Positions 1 to 7,622 of a stretch of 64,000 bases of DNA are shown here, piece after piece. The notes beneath the pieces are model-generated. The model made no database searches, was not told the DNA's origin, and saw only the letters and a list, made by a program, of their open reading frames with translations. Each line of letters opens with the position of its first letter. Position 1 is the first letter of the stretch. The position numbers and the translations under genes are program-made. Source of the stretch: Flavobacteriales bacterium (GTDB lineage Bacteria > Bacteroidota > Bacteroidia > Flavobacteriales_F > PHOS-HE28); assembly GCA_041749915.1 (NCBI GenBank), contig JBGTAJ010000322.1, forward strand, positions 7,165 through 71,164, given 5' to 3'.

Positions 1-991
1 GGGCGAGGAACGAGCCGAAAGCACCGGGCTCCACCACCTTGCTGTACTTCGCTTCGATGGGCTTGCGTACACGTTCGTGCGTGTCGGCACCGAGGATCAG
101 GTCCACGCCCTCCACCTCGGGTTTGTTGGCGAGGTCCACCTGCTGCGCCAGGCCCATGTGTGTGACCAGGAACACCATCGCGCACTGCTCGTAATCGCGC
201 AGGATGCGGATGTAGCTGGCGACGTTCAACTCCGGTTTGGTGAACTGGATGCCGCAGCTGTATTCCGGCGACTGGCGCTTGGGTGTGAGCGGATCGTTGT
301 AGCCGATGAAGCCCACCTTCACGCCGGCCACCATCTTGGTCCAGTAAGGCTGAAAGATCATGTCACCAGCGAGCGCCGCATTGGGGTCCTGCATGTCGCC
401 GCAATAGTCCGCTGGCTTCTCGTGCCACATGTTGGCGCAGATCTTGGCGCCATTGTATCCGCCGAGGTCCTTCAGCATGTTCTCCTTGCCGTAGACCACC
501 TCCCAGTTGCCGGGCAACAGCAGGTCATAGCCAACGCGGTTCATCAGCGGCACTATGGCGCGCCCTTCGCTCTTGGCCGCCACGCCACCGCCCTGGAAGC
601 AGTCGCCACCATCGACCACGATGGTGTTGGCAGGGTCTTCATTGCGCAGGGTGTCCACCATGGTCTTCAGCACGCCGTAACCGCCGCGTTTCTTGTACAC
701 GGGCTTCCCATTCTCCAGGAAGAACTCGTCGTGCGTGTGTAGCTGCGAATGGATGTCGCTGGTGAAGAGGATGGTGAACTTGCCCGCCTTGCCGCTCTGC
801 ACTGCCCGGCTGCCCACAAGTTCATCGCGACGTTGGACGTCACCCATGGAGCCGAGCGCCACCGTGGGCCCCAGCGTGAGGCCCGCGCCCAGCGCACCGA
901 GGGACTTGAGGGCCTGCCTGCGGCTGAGACCGTATTCCTTCTCATCGTGCGCGCCGCAGGTGCAGCCGGGTGGGTGGTGGATCGTGCTCAT
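1..991 (-). CDS. SoxB/5'-nucleotidase-family metallophosphoesterase, Tat-secreted. N-terminal ~330 aa only; the gene runs off the left window edge.
   Basis: Absent from the ORF track because there is no stop in the window. My own translation from the ATG at 991..989 gives MSTIHHPPGC...SRRQALKSLGALGAGL (twin-arginine signal). This is followed by metallophosphatase motifs FTSDIHSQLH, VVDGGDCFQGG, GNWEVVYG and VTHMG, and the frame stays open to position 1. The start lies 2 nt after the stop of the upstream cytochrome gene. Confidence 0.8.
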   Translation of the reverse strand, partial: MSTIHHPPGCTCGAHDEKEYGLSRRQALKSLGALGAGLTLGPTVALGSMGDVQRRDELVGSRAVQSGKAGKFTILFTSDIHSQLHTHDEFFLENGKPVYKKRGGYGVLKTMVDTLRNEDPANTIVVDGGDCFQGGGVAAKSEGRAIVPLMNRVGYDLLLPGNWEVVYGKENMLKDLGGYNGAKICANMWHEKPADYCGDMQDPNAALAGDMIFQPYWTKMVAGVKVGFIGYNDPLTPKRQSPEYSCGIQFTKPELNVASYIRILRDYEQCAMVFLVTHMGLAQQVDLANKPEVEGVDLILGADTHERVRKPIEAKYSKVVEPGAFGSFLA

Positions 992-993
992 GC

Positions 994-2082
994 TTATTTC
1001 TTTTTGGCTTCGGCGATGGGGCCGAAGGGGCCGAATTTGTGTTGTGACTCAGGAAAAGTATCCGCGAACGGACCAAAGGGATGGTCGACCGGTTTCTTGC
1101 TGATGTCCGGCCAATCGCCCGTCAGGTCCTTCGCCGGACGTTCCATGGTGTTCACGTAGGCGGCAACGTCCCAGGCCTCCTCGTCCGATAGCAATGGTTC
1201 ATCCCAGGTTGCGCCGAGCGGCATGTTGGCCTTCACGTAGCCTGCGAAACGGCTCATGCGGTACAATCCCGCACCTTGGTTATAGCTGTGTGGGCCCCAG
1301 AGCGGTGGATATTGGTAGGTCTTGCCATCGGGTTTCAGGATGCCCTGTCCGTCGGCACCGTGGCAACTGGCACACTTGCCGCTGTATATAAGGGTGCCAT
1401 GTGCCGGGTCGGCCGCGCGGTCCAGGAAGGCGAGATCCATGATGCCGATGCCCTTGACCTTGTGACCCTTGGCGATGCCCGTACCCAGCCATTCCATGTA
1501 AGCAAGGATACCTTGCATTTCGCGACCGTTCGTATCGAGCGCCGTGCCGTTCAAGCTGCGTTCGAAGCAGTCGTTCACCCGCTTTGACACCGACTCCATG
1601 CGTCCGCTGCGGCCGCGCATTTTTGGGTAGGTGCTCCAGACCGCCCCATAGTTGTTTCCCCATGGCTTGGTGCCGGCATCAAGGTGGCAGTTCTGGCAGT
1701 TCATGCCATTGGTGCCTTGCGATACCGTACCCTGCGGGCCGAGGTAGAGCGCAGTGTTCCGGATCAACTCCTGCCCGTAAAGGATCAGCTCGCGATGGTC
1801 CTTATCCAGATAGGCAAGCCGCGTTGTATCCGCACCGGTCCACAAGCTGTCCGGCCCGTAGGTGGCCTGCTGTGGGGGCGGCGGTTCGAACAGGTCCTGG
1901 GGCACGAAGAACTGTGCCACCACGAGCGCGAGCACCACCCACACGATGCGTTTGGACCAGCGCATGCCGTTGCCCACCGGAAGTCCTGCGCGCTCGTTCA
2001 TCACACGCAGGGCATCGTCGAGCACGTACATCACCACCAGCACCAACAGTGCGGAGATGAGTATGAAGATGGGAATGAGCAT
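994..2082 (-). CDS. Membrane-anchored dihaem c-type cytochrome, TsdA/SoxA-like (thiosulfate-oxidising family)
   Basis: 362-aa ORF with two CxxCH haem motifs (CQNCH, CASCH). The segment RGRSGRMESVSKRVNDCFERSLNG resembles TsdA-type cytochromes. It has an N-terminal hydrophobic helix and is tightly packed between the YeeE and SoxB-like genes. Confidence 0.8.
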   Translation of the reverse strand: MLIPIFILISALLVLVVMYVLDDALRVMNERAGLPVGNGMRWSKRIVWVVLALVVAQFFVPQDLFEPPPPQQATYGPDSLWTGADTTRLAYLDKDHRELILYGQELIRNTALYLGPQGTVSQGTNGMNCQNCHLDAGTKPWGNNYGAVWSTYPKMRGRSGRMESVSKRVNDCFERSLNGTALDTNGREMQGILAYMEWLGTGIAKGHKVKGIGIMDLAFLDRAADPAHGTLIYSGKCASCHGADGQGILKPDGKTYQYPPLWGPHSYNQGAGLYRMSRFAGYVKANMPLGATWDEPLLSDEEAWDVAAYVNTMERPAKDLTGDWPDISKKPVDHPFGPFADTFPESQHKFGPFGPIAEAKKK

Positions 2083-2106
2083 GGCTGCGAAAGTGTTCGT
2101 CCACCA

Positions 2107-2625
2107 TCAATGGGGCAACTTGTCGCGGAACACCCCGTACACGTAGGTGCCCAGCCAGGCGCTCAGGAAGGTCACGATGATCACGGAGTAGCCTGCACCG
2201 ATCTGCGCGAACAACGGGCCCGGACAGGCACCGGTGACGGCCCAGCCCAGGCCGAAGAGCAGACCGCCGTAGATCTGTCCCTTGTTGAAGGTCTTCGCAG
2301 GGATGTGGACCTCCTCGCCGTAGATGGTGCGCACCTTGAAACGCTTGATGAGCTGGATGCTGATCAGGCCCACCACCACGGCGGTGCCGATCACCCCGTA
2401 CATGTGGAAGCTCTCGAAGCGGAACATCTCCTGGATTCGGAACCAGCTGATGATCTCGGCCTTGAAGAACACGATGCCGAAGAGCACGCCCCAGGCACTG
2501 TATTTCAGGTTGTACCACCAGGGGTGTTGCAGTTCACTCTCGTTGACGCAGATGGAATCGAGTTCCCGTGCCTGAAGGTCGGCAAGCTCCTGCGGGGTCG
2601 GAGTATGTTGAAAGGTATGTGCCAT
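2107..2625 (-). CDS. YeeE/YedE family sulfur-compound transport membrane protein
   Basis: 172-aa polytopic membrane ORF with the GACPGP motif typical of YeeE/YedE (sulphur transport) proteins. It is the second of a tandem pair. Confidence 0.85.
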   Translation of the reverse strand: MAHTFQHTPTPQELADLQARELDSICVNESELQHPWWYNLKYSAWGVLFGIVFFKAEIISWFRIQEMFRFESFHMYGVIGTAVVVGLISIQLIKRFKVRTIYGEEVHIPAKTFNKGQIYGGLLFGLGWAVTGACPGPLFAQIGAGYSVIIVTFLSAWLGTYVYGVFRDKLPH

Positions 2626-2628
2626 GGG

Positions 2629-3192
2629 TCAGAGCGTGAGGAGATGGGGAAGGATGAACCAGGTCATGATGATGCCGCCCACCATGAAACTGATGGTGGC
2701 CACCAGACTGGGCCATTGCAGGCTGCTGAGGCCCATGATGGCATGGCCGCTCGTGCAACCACCGGCGTAGCGTGTTCCGAAGCCCACCATGAATCCGCCG
2801 AGCACGAAGAAGATGAGGCCACGTACGGTGAAGAGCTGCTCCCAGCTGAAGATCTCCGAGGGCAGCAGGCTTGAGGTGTCGGTGATGCCTTTCGATGCCA
2901 GGTATTCCTGCGTGGGTGCGGCCAGCACGATGGGGTTCGGGTCGCTCAGGAACTGCGCCGCGAGGAACGCGCCCACGGCGATGCCGCCCACGAAGAAGAG
3001 GTTCCAAGCCTCCTTCTTCCAGTCGTACTTGAAGAATTTTACATCGCCAGGAATGCAGGCGGCACAGAGGTGGCGCAGCGAACTGCTGATGCCGAAGGTC
3101 TTGTTGCCAACGAGCAACAGGAAGGGCACGGTGAGGCCGATGAGGGCACCCGCCACGTACCAGGACCAGGGTTGTTTGAGTGTCTCGAGCAT
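2629..3192 (-). CDS. YeeE/YedE family sulfur-compound transport membrane protein
   Basis: 187-aa membrane ORF with the GGCTSGH motif of YeeE/YedE. There is a 3-nt gap to the downstream paralogue. Confidence 0.85.
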   Translation of the reverse strand: MLETLKQPWSWYVAGALIGLTVPFLLLVGNKTFGISSSLRHLCAACIPGDVKFFKYDWKKEAWNLFFVGGIAVGAFLAAQFLSDPNPIVLAAPTQEYLASKGITDTSSLLPSEIFSWEQLFTVRGLIFFVLGGFMVGFGTRYAGGCTSGHAIMGLSSLQWPSLVATISFMVGGIIMTWFILPHLLTL

Positions 3193-3201
3193 GAGGGGAG
3201 G

Positions 3202-3240
3202 GATCAGAAGATCAGAGGATCAGACGATAAGACGATCGCC
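3202..3240 (+). repeat. Tandem 8-bp array GATCAGAA GATCAGAG GATCAGAC GATAAGAC GATCG
   Basis: Read directly from the sequence. The period is 8 and every unit carries GATC. It lies between the upstream YeeE gene start (3192) and the four-helix-bundle gene stop (3259). Confidence 0.9.
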
Positions 3241-3258
3241 ATGATCCGATGATATCGT

Positions 3259-3714
3259 TCAGGGTTTCAGTTTGGCGTTGCTGGATGAGATGATCTTGTT
3301 GAGGACGCGAATGATCGGGATCAGCTTGTCGAGGCAAGGCTTTGCTGCCTCGATGTTCCGCGCACTGCTGAGCAGGAGCCAGTATTCCGTTTCGTCAGCC
3401 TCCTTCAGGGCTACCTTCATCTTGTGGATGAAGTCAGCGAGGCTTTCGCCGTTCTGCGCTTCACGGACCAGTGCACCAATGGCGGTCCCACTTCGGAACA
3501 ACTGGTTCGACAGGGCGAATTTCTTCCGTTCCTGCAGCTCCTCGGAAAGGTCCCAGATCGCCAATGCGAAGTCGAAGGTGAGGTTGACGATCGCGTTGTC
3601 CTTGTAGCGATCATTGTACGAGGCTGGCGGTTCGGCCGTCAGGGATGAACCGAACAACTCATCATGGACGATGACGTTCTGCCATTCCTTGATATCGATG
3701 TCCTGGATGCTCAT
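3259..3714 (-). CDS. Four-helix-bundle protein (23S rRNA intervening-sequence protein / Avd-like family)
   Basis: The 151-aa ORF contains ...FDFALAIWDLSEEL...LSNQLFRSGTAIGALVREAQNGESLADFIHKMKVALKEADETEYWLLL..., the characteristic core of TIGR02436/PF05635-type proteins. The N-terminal ~35 aa are atypical, so the true start is uncertain. Confidence 0.75.
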   Translation of the reverse strand: MSIQDIDIKEWQNVIVHDELFGSSLTAEPPASYNDRYKDNAIVNLTFDFALAIWDLSEELQERKKFALSNQLFRSGTAIGALVREAQNGESLADFIHKMKVALKEADETEYWLLLSSARNIEAAKPCLDKLIPIIRVLNKIISSSNAKLKP

Positions 3715-3727
3715 GGTCGCGTGAATT

Positions 3728-3759
3728 GTCTGATCGTCTGATCAACTGATCGTCTGATC
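3728..3759 (+). repeat. Tandem 8-bp array GTCTGATC GTCTGATC AACTGATC GTCTGATC (reverse complement of the 3202-3240 unit)
   Basis: Read directly from the sequence. Positions 3728-3743 are the reverse complement of 3218-3233 at 15 of 16 positions. It lies between the four-helix-bundle start (3714) and the upstream gene stop (3764). Confidence 0.9.
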
Positions 3760-3763
3760 GGGC

Positions 3764-5179
3764 TTACTTCTTCAACGTGCTGGGGCAGACGTAGTCCGTC
3801 ACCTTCACGTCGGTGTTGGTCTTGATGGCGTTGAACCCTCCGGCCACATCGATCACGTTGTGGTAACCACGCGATTTCAACAGGCTGGCCGCGATCATGC
3901 TGCGGTAGCCACCGGCGCAGTGGATGTAGTTGGGCTCCTCCTTACTGAAGGCCGCCAGGTTCTGGTTGATGAACTGCAACGAGGCGTGCCACGCACCGTC
4001 CACATGCTCGGCCTCATACTCACCGTCCTTGCGCACGTCCACCACACGGAGCTTGTTCGCACCGAAGCGCTTGGCGAACTCCTCGGCGGAGATGCTCTCC
4101 ACCGTGTCCACGTCAAGGCCGGCGGTCTTCCACGCGTCGATGCCGCCTTTCAGGTAGCCGAACACGTTGTCGTAGCCCACGCGGGCCAGACGTGTCACCA
4201 CTTCATCTTCCATGCCCTCGTCGGTCACCAGCAACAGCGGGTGCTTCACGTCGGGGACCATCGCACCGACCCAGGGTGCGAAGTCGCCCTTGATGCCGAT
4301 GTTGATGCTGCGGGGTACGAAGCCGTCCTTGAAGGTCTGTGCACCGCGGGTGTCCAGTACCAAGGCTCCCTCGGTCTCGGCCACGAGCTCGAACTGTTCG
4401 GGGGTGAGGGCACGGAGGCCTTTCTCCTTTACCGTATCCACGCTCTCGATCATGCCCTTGTTCATGGCCACGTTCTGCGGGAAGTAGGCGGGCGGAGGCA
4501 ACAGACCGTCGGTGACCTCCTTGATGAACTGCTCCTTGGTGGCGGCCTTCAGCGCGTAGTTGGTCTTCTTCTGGTTGCCCAGCGTATCCCAGGTCTCCTT
4601 GCTCATGTTCTTGCCGCAGGCGCTGCCGGCGCCGTGTGCAGGGTACACCAGCACGTCATCGGGCAGGGTCATGATCTTGTTGTGCAGGCTGTCGTAGAGG
4701 TAACCTGCCAGGTCCTCCTGGGTCAGCGAACCCATTTTCTGGGCCAGGTCGGGACGGCCCACGTCGCCGATGAACAGCGTGTCGCCGCTGAAGATCGCGT
4801 GCGGTCTGCCCTTCTCGTCGCTCAGCAGGTAGGTGGTGCTCTCCATGGTGTGGCCAGGGGTGTGCAGCACCTTGATGGTGATCCGGCCCACCTTCAGTTC
4901 CTCACCGTCCTTGGCGATGTGCGCCTCGAAGCTCGGGTTGGCGTTCGGACCGTAAACGATGGGCGCACCGGTCTTCTTCGACAGGTCGAGGTGACCGCTC
5001 ACGAAGTCGGCGTGGAAGTGGGTCTCCAGCACGTACTTGATGATGGCACCGCTTTGCTCTGCGCGTTCCATGTACGGCTGCGTTTCACGCAGTGGGTCGA
5101 TGATCACGGCCTCACCGGCGCTTTCGATGTAGTAGGCGCCCTGTGCCAGGCAGCCGGTGTAGATCTGCTCGATCTTCAT
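3764..5179 (-). CDS. MBL-fold persulfide dioxygenase fused to two rhodanese domains (Blh/CstB-like)
   Basis: I chose the start at MKIEQIYTGC (ATG 5179..5177). The 41 aa upstream in the track ORF are low-complexity. It has the metallo-beta-lactamase motif THFHADFVSGH and a C-terminal rhodanese active-site loop CAGGYRS. Confidence 0.9.
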   Translation of the reverse strand: MKIEQIYTGCLAQGAYYIESAGEAVIIDPLRETQPYMERAEQSGAIIKYVLETHFHADFVSGHLDLSKKTGAPIVYGPNANPSFEAHIAKDGEELKVGRITIKVLHTPGHTMESTTYLLSDEKGRPHAIFSGDTLFIGDVGRPDLAQKMGSLTQEDLAGYLYDSLHNKIMTLPDDVLVYPAHGAGSACGKNMSKETWDTLGNQKKTNYALKAATKEQFIKEVTDGLLPPPAYFPQNVAMNKGMIESVDTVKEKGLRALTPEQFELVAETEGALVLDTRGAQTFKDGFVPRSINIGIKGDFAPWVGAMVPDVKHPLLLVTDEGMEDEVVTRLARVGYDNVFGYLKGGIDAWKTAGLDVDTVESISAEEFAKRFGANKLRVVDVRKDGEYEAEHVDGAWHASLQFINQNLAAFSKEEPNYIHCAGGYRSMIAASLLKSRGYHNVIDVAGGFNAIKTNTDVKVTDYVCPSTLKK

Positions 5180-5186
5180 GGTATGG

Positions 5187-5212
5187 GGAGTTGAGGAGTT
5201 GAGTGTTGAGGT
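5187..5212 (+). repeat. Short tandem repeat GGAGTTGA GGAGTTGA GTGTTGAG
   Basis: Read directly from the sequence. It sits immediately upstream (minus-strand sense) of the persulfide dioxygenase start codon. Confidence 0.8.
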
Positions 5213-5246
5213 GGTCGGGGAGGGGAATTTTCCGCCCGTATGGACC

Positions 5247-6059
5247 TTAAGATAGGTGCGTGAGCTCCCTTCCGATGATGTAGACGCCCATGGCCAGCAC
5301 AAACCAGCCGAAGGCGGGCTTGAGCTTTTCGTTCGGGATATGCTTGCTTAGCATGCTGCCCCCGATGATCCCGCCGATCGCAATGGCAGAGAACAGGAAG
5401 AGGAAGTTCCAGTCGATGATCTCTTCACCCTTCAGATCGCCGGTGAATCCGATCAAGGATTTCGCTGCGATGATGATCAGCGAGGTGCCCACGGCCTTCT
5501 TCATGGGAAGCTTGGCCAGCAGGACCAAGGCAGGAATGATCAGGAAGCCACCGCCGGCACCCACAATGCCGGTGACCATGCCCACCACGATCCCTTCGGC
5601 CAGGATCAGGGGGTAGTTGAACTTGATCGCTTCATCGGCAGGCTCGTTCGGCCCCATGGGGACCTTCGGTTTGCGGATCATGCTGTACGCGGCGGCCACC
5701 ATGATGAGCGCGAAGAAGATGAGGATGCCGATGGCCTTGCTCACCGGCGTGCTGCCCAAGGTGAAGATGGGATCGGGGATCGCGGGGACCAGCCAGGCCC
5801 GGGTGGCATACACCGCCAGGATGCTGGGGATGCCGAACACGATGGCCGTGCGCCAATGGATGTTGCCCAAGCGCATGTGGCTGAAGCTGCCGACCAGGCT
5901 GGTGAGGCCAACGATGAACAGGGAATAGGCCGTGGCCAGGACCGGGTCGATCACGAAGAGGTAGACCAGGATGGGAACGGTGAGGATGCTGCCACCGCCT
6001 CCGATGAGGCCGAGGGACAGACCCATGATGATGGCGCCGATGTAACCGAGGATCTCCAT
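5247..6059 (-). CDS. TauE/SafE (TSUP) family sulfite/anion exporter
   Basis: Start at MEILGYIGAIIMG (ATG 6059..6057). It is a ~270-aa polytopic protein with the GGGGSIL and GAGGGFL glycine motifs of the TSUP family. Confidence 0.85.
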   Translation of the reverse strand: MEILGYIGAIIMGLSLGLIGGGGSILTVPILVYLFVIDPVLATAYSLFIVGLTSLVGSFSHMRLGNIHWRTAIVFGIPSILAVYATRAWLVPAIPDPIFTLGSTPVSKAIGILIFFALIMVAAAYSMIRKPKVPMGPNEPADEAIKFNYPLILAEGIVVGMVTGIVGAGGGFLIIPALVLLAKLPMKKAVGTSLIIIAAKSLIGFTGDLKGEEIIDWNFLFLFSAIAIGGIIGGSMLSKHIPNEKLKPAFGWFVLAMGVYIIGRELTHLS

Positions 6060-6073
6060 GTTCACAACGTGGT

Positions 6074-6388
6074 TCAGAGGGTGGGGCAGCAGATCTCCAG
6101 GCAGTTCACGATCTTCAGGAATTCGGGGCGCTTCAAGTGCCAGAAGGTGTACTTGCCCTCCTTCTCGAATTCCAGCAGGCCTTTGTCGCGCATCAACGTG
6201 AGGTGCTGGCTCAGTATCGCCTGCTCGATCTGGAGCAGTTCCTGCAGCTCGCGATTGCACAGCCGGGTATGGTGGCCCAAAGCATCAAGGATGGCCAGGC
6301 GCTGGGGATGCGCGGCCGCCCGCAACAGCTCACTCGCCCGGGTGAGCTTGTCGGTACCGACGCGTTCTTCAAGTGTGATGGTCGACAT
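6074..6388 (-). CDS. ArsR/SmtB-family winged-helix regulator, BigR/SqrR-like candidate persulfide sensor
   Basis: The sequence HPQRLAILDAL...RLCNRELQELLQIEQAILSQHLTLMRDKGLL is a typical ArsR HTH. I prefer the ATG at 6388 (104 aa) because a TACTTTTG -7 box lies at 6414..6407, inside the longer track ORF. Cys44 plus C-terminal Cys96/100/101 are present. Confidence 0.8.
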   Translation of the reverse strand: MSTITLEERVGTDKLTRASELLRAAAHPQRLAILDALGHHTRLCNRELQELLQIEQAILSQHLTLMRDKGLLEFEKEGKYTFWHLKRPEFLKIVNCLEICCPTL

Positions 6389-6406
6389 GACGTTCGTCAT
6401 TGACCA

Positions 6407-6414
6407 CAAAAGTA
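6407..6414 (-). promoter_or_regulatory. Bacteroidota-type -7 promoter box (TAnnTTTG) for the sulfur operon
   Basis: The minus strand reads TACTTTTG, 19 nt upstream of the ATG at 6388. Confidence 0.5.
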
Positions 6415-6436
6415 TAGCGAGATCACTATGTGAATA

Positions 6437-6452
6437 TGTGACAAGGGTCACA
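6437..6452. promoter_or_regulatory. Perfect 6-4-6 palindrome, candidate ArsR/BigR-like operator
   Basis: TGTGAC-AAGG-GTCACA lies 23 nt upstream (minus-strand sense) of the -7 box, i.e. over the expected -33 region. Confidence 0.4.
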
Positions 6453-6480
6453 CGCCCACGAAAACTGTTGGAAGCAGCTT

Positions 6481-7605
6481 CTACAGAGCCTTCAGGAGGC
6501 CTTCGCCGAAATGCTTGACCTGGTAACGGCGCATGCCCGGCAGTGCAGCCAGCGCATCAAGGTCACCGGGAAGGGTGCGGGCAATGTCCATCAGCAACTG
6601 GTTGGCCGCCACGATACCAGGCCGAAGATCATGTTGCAAGGTGAGCTGGTCACGCGTCTGCTTCAAGCGCTTCAGGCGGTTCTCGTAGTCATCGTCGCGC
6701 TGCCAGCGCTTGCCCTTGGGAGCCCTCGGCCACTCCTCCTTGGGAAGGTCCAGACCGCGTTGCACGGCGGACATGATGGCCGCGCCGTACCGTTCGATCA
6801 CCCGTTCATTGACGCCTTTGCGCTGCAGGATGTCCTTCATGCCCTTGGGTGGGTCCGTGGCCAGTGACAGGAGCACATCGTTGCCCAGGATCATGAACGA
6901 TGCGCGGTCCTGCTTTTCGGCGATGCCGTCGCGCCATTGGAAGAGCTCCCGCAGGATGGCGAGCTCATGGGGTTTCAGTGTCTTGGCTCCTTTCATTCGA
7001 AGGAATGCAGGCTCGTCGTTCACCGGAAGGTTGAACGGTGCATCCGTCAGCAGGGCGAATTCTTCCTCGGCCCATTCCCATCGGTCCTTGGCGCGCAACT
7101 TCTCTTCAAGGATGTCACGGAGCGCGATCAGGTGACTGGTGTCCCCGGCCGCATATTCCAACATGGGTTGTGGCAGTGGTCGTTTGCTCCAGTCCGCCTT
7201 TTGGAACCGTTTGTCGATCTGCAGTCCCTGGTACTTGCCCAGCAGCGCCGCCAATCCGATCTCAGGCTCGTTCACCAGTTCCGCGGCGACCAGCGTATCG
7301 AAGACGTTCTCCACCCGGATGCCGTGGTGCTTGGCCAGGATCCGCAGGTCGTAGTCAGCGTCGTGGATCACCACCTCCATGCCAGGGTCGGCGAGCAGCC
7401 TGCCCAACGAGCTCAGGTCCGGAAGGCTCAATGGATCCACCAGGAAGGTGTGCGAGCGCGTGCTCAACTGCACCAGGCAGACGCTTTCGCGGAAGCGGTG
7501 GAAGCTGGAGGCCTCCGTGTCCAAGGCGATGACGCGTTCACCGGCGAAGCTTTCCAGCGTGGCCGCGAGCGTGTCCGTGTGCGTTATGAGCTGGAAGTCG
7601 TTCAA
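6481..7605 (-). CDS. rnd: Ribonuclease D (DEDD 3'-5' exonuclease plus HRDC domain)
   Basis: It has the motifs VIALDTEASSF and HDADYDLRIL plus a C-terminal HRDC-like region. The track ORF extends to 7701 but would then overlap manC by 79 nt. A TTG at 7605..7603 leaves a 17-nt spacer, so the start is uncertain. Confidence 0.8.
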   Translation of the reverse strand: MNDFQLITHTDTLAATLESFAGERVIALDTEASSFHRFRESVCLVQLSTRSHTFLVDPLSLPDLSSLGRLLADPGMEVVIHDADYDLRILAKHHGIRVENVFDTLVAAELVNEPEIGLAALLGKYQGLQIDKRFQKADWSKRPLPQPMLEYAAGDTSHLIALRDILEEKLRAKDRWEWAEEEFALLTDAPFNLPVNDEPAFLRMKGAKTLKPHELAILRELFQWRDGIAEKQDRASFMILGNDVLLSLATDPPKGMKDILQRKGVNERVIERYGAAIMSAVQRGLDLPKEEWPRAPKGKRWQRDDDYENRLKRLKQTRDQLTLQHDLRPGIVAANQLLMDIARTLPGDLDALAALPGMRRYQVKHFGEGLLKAL

Positions 7606-7622
7606 GAGATGGTCGTTCCAGT

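Noticed and set aside
77-742. A 221-aa + strand ORF at the left edge.
   Set aside because: It is antisense to the SoxB-like gene, which I translated by hand and which shows a Tat signal and metallophosphatase motifs.
3259-3714. The possibility that the Avd-like four-helix-bundle gene marks a diversity-generating retroelement.
   Set aside because: No reverse transcriptase ORF and no template/variable repeat pair are detectable anywhere in the window. The flanking repeats are simple octamers, not TR/VR.
6389-6451. A longer N-terminus for the ArsR regulator (track start at 6451).
   Set aside because: A consensus TACTTTTG -7 box and a perfect palindrome fall inside that extension. The ATG at 6388 gives the usual ArsR family length of about 100 aa.
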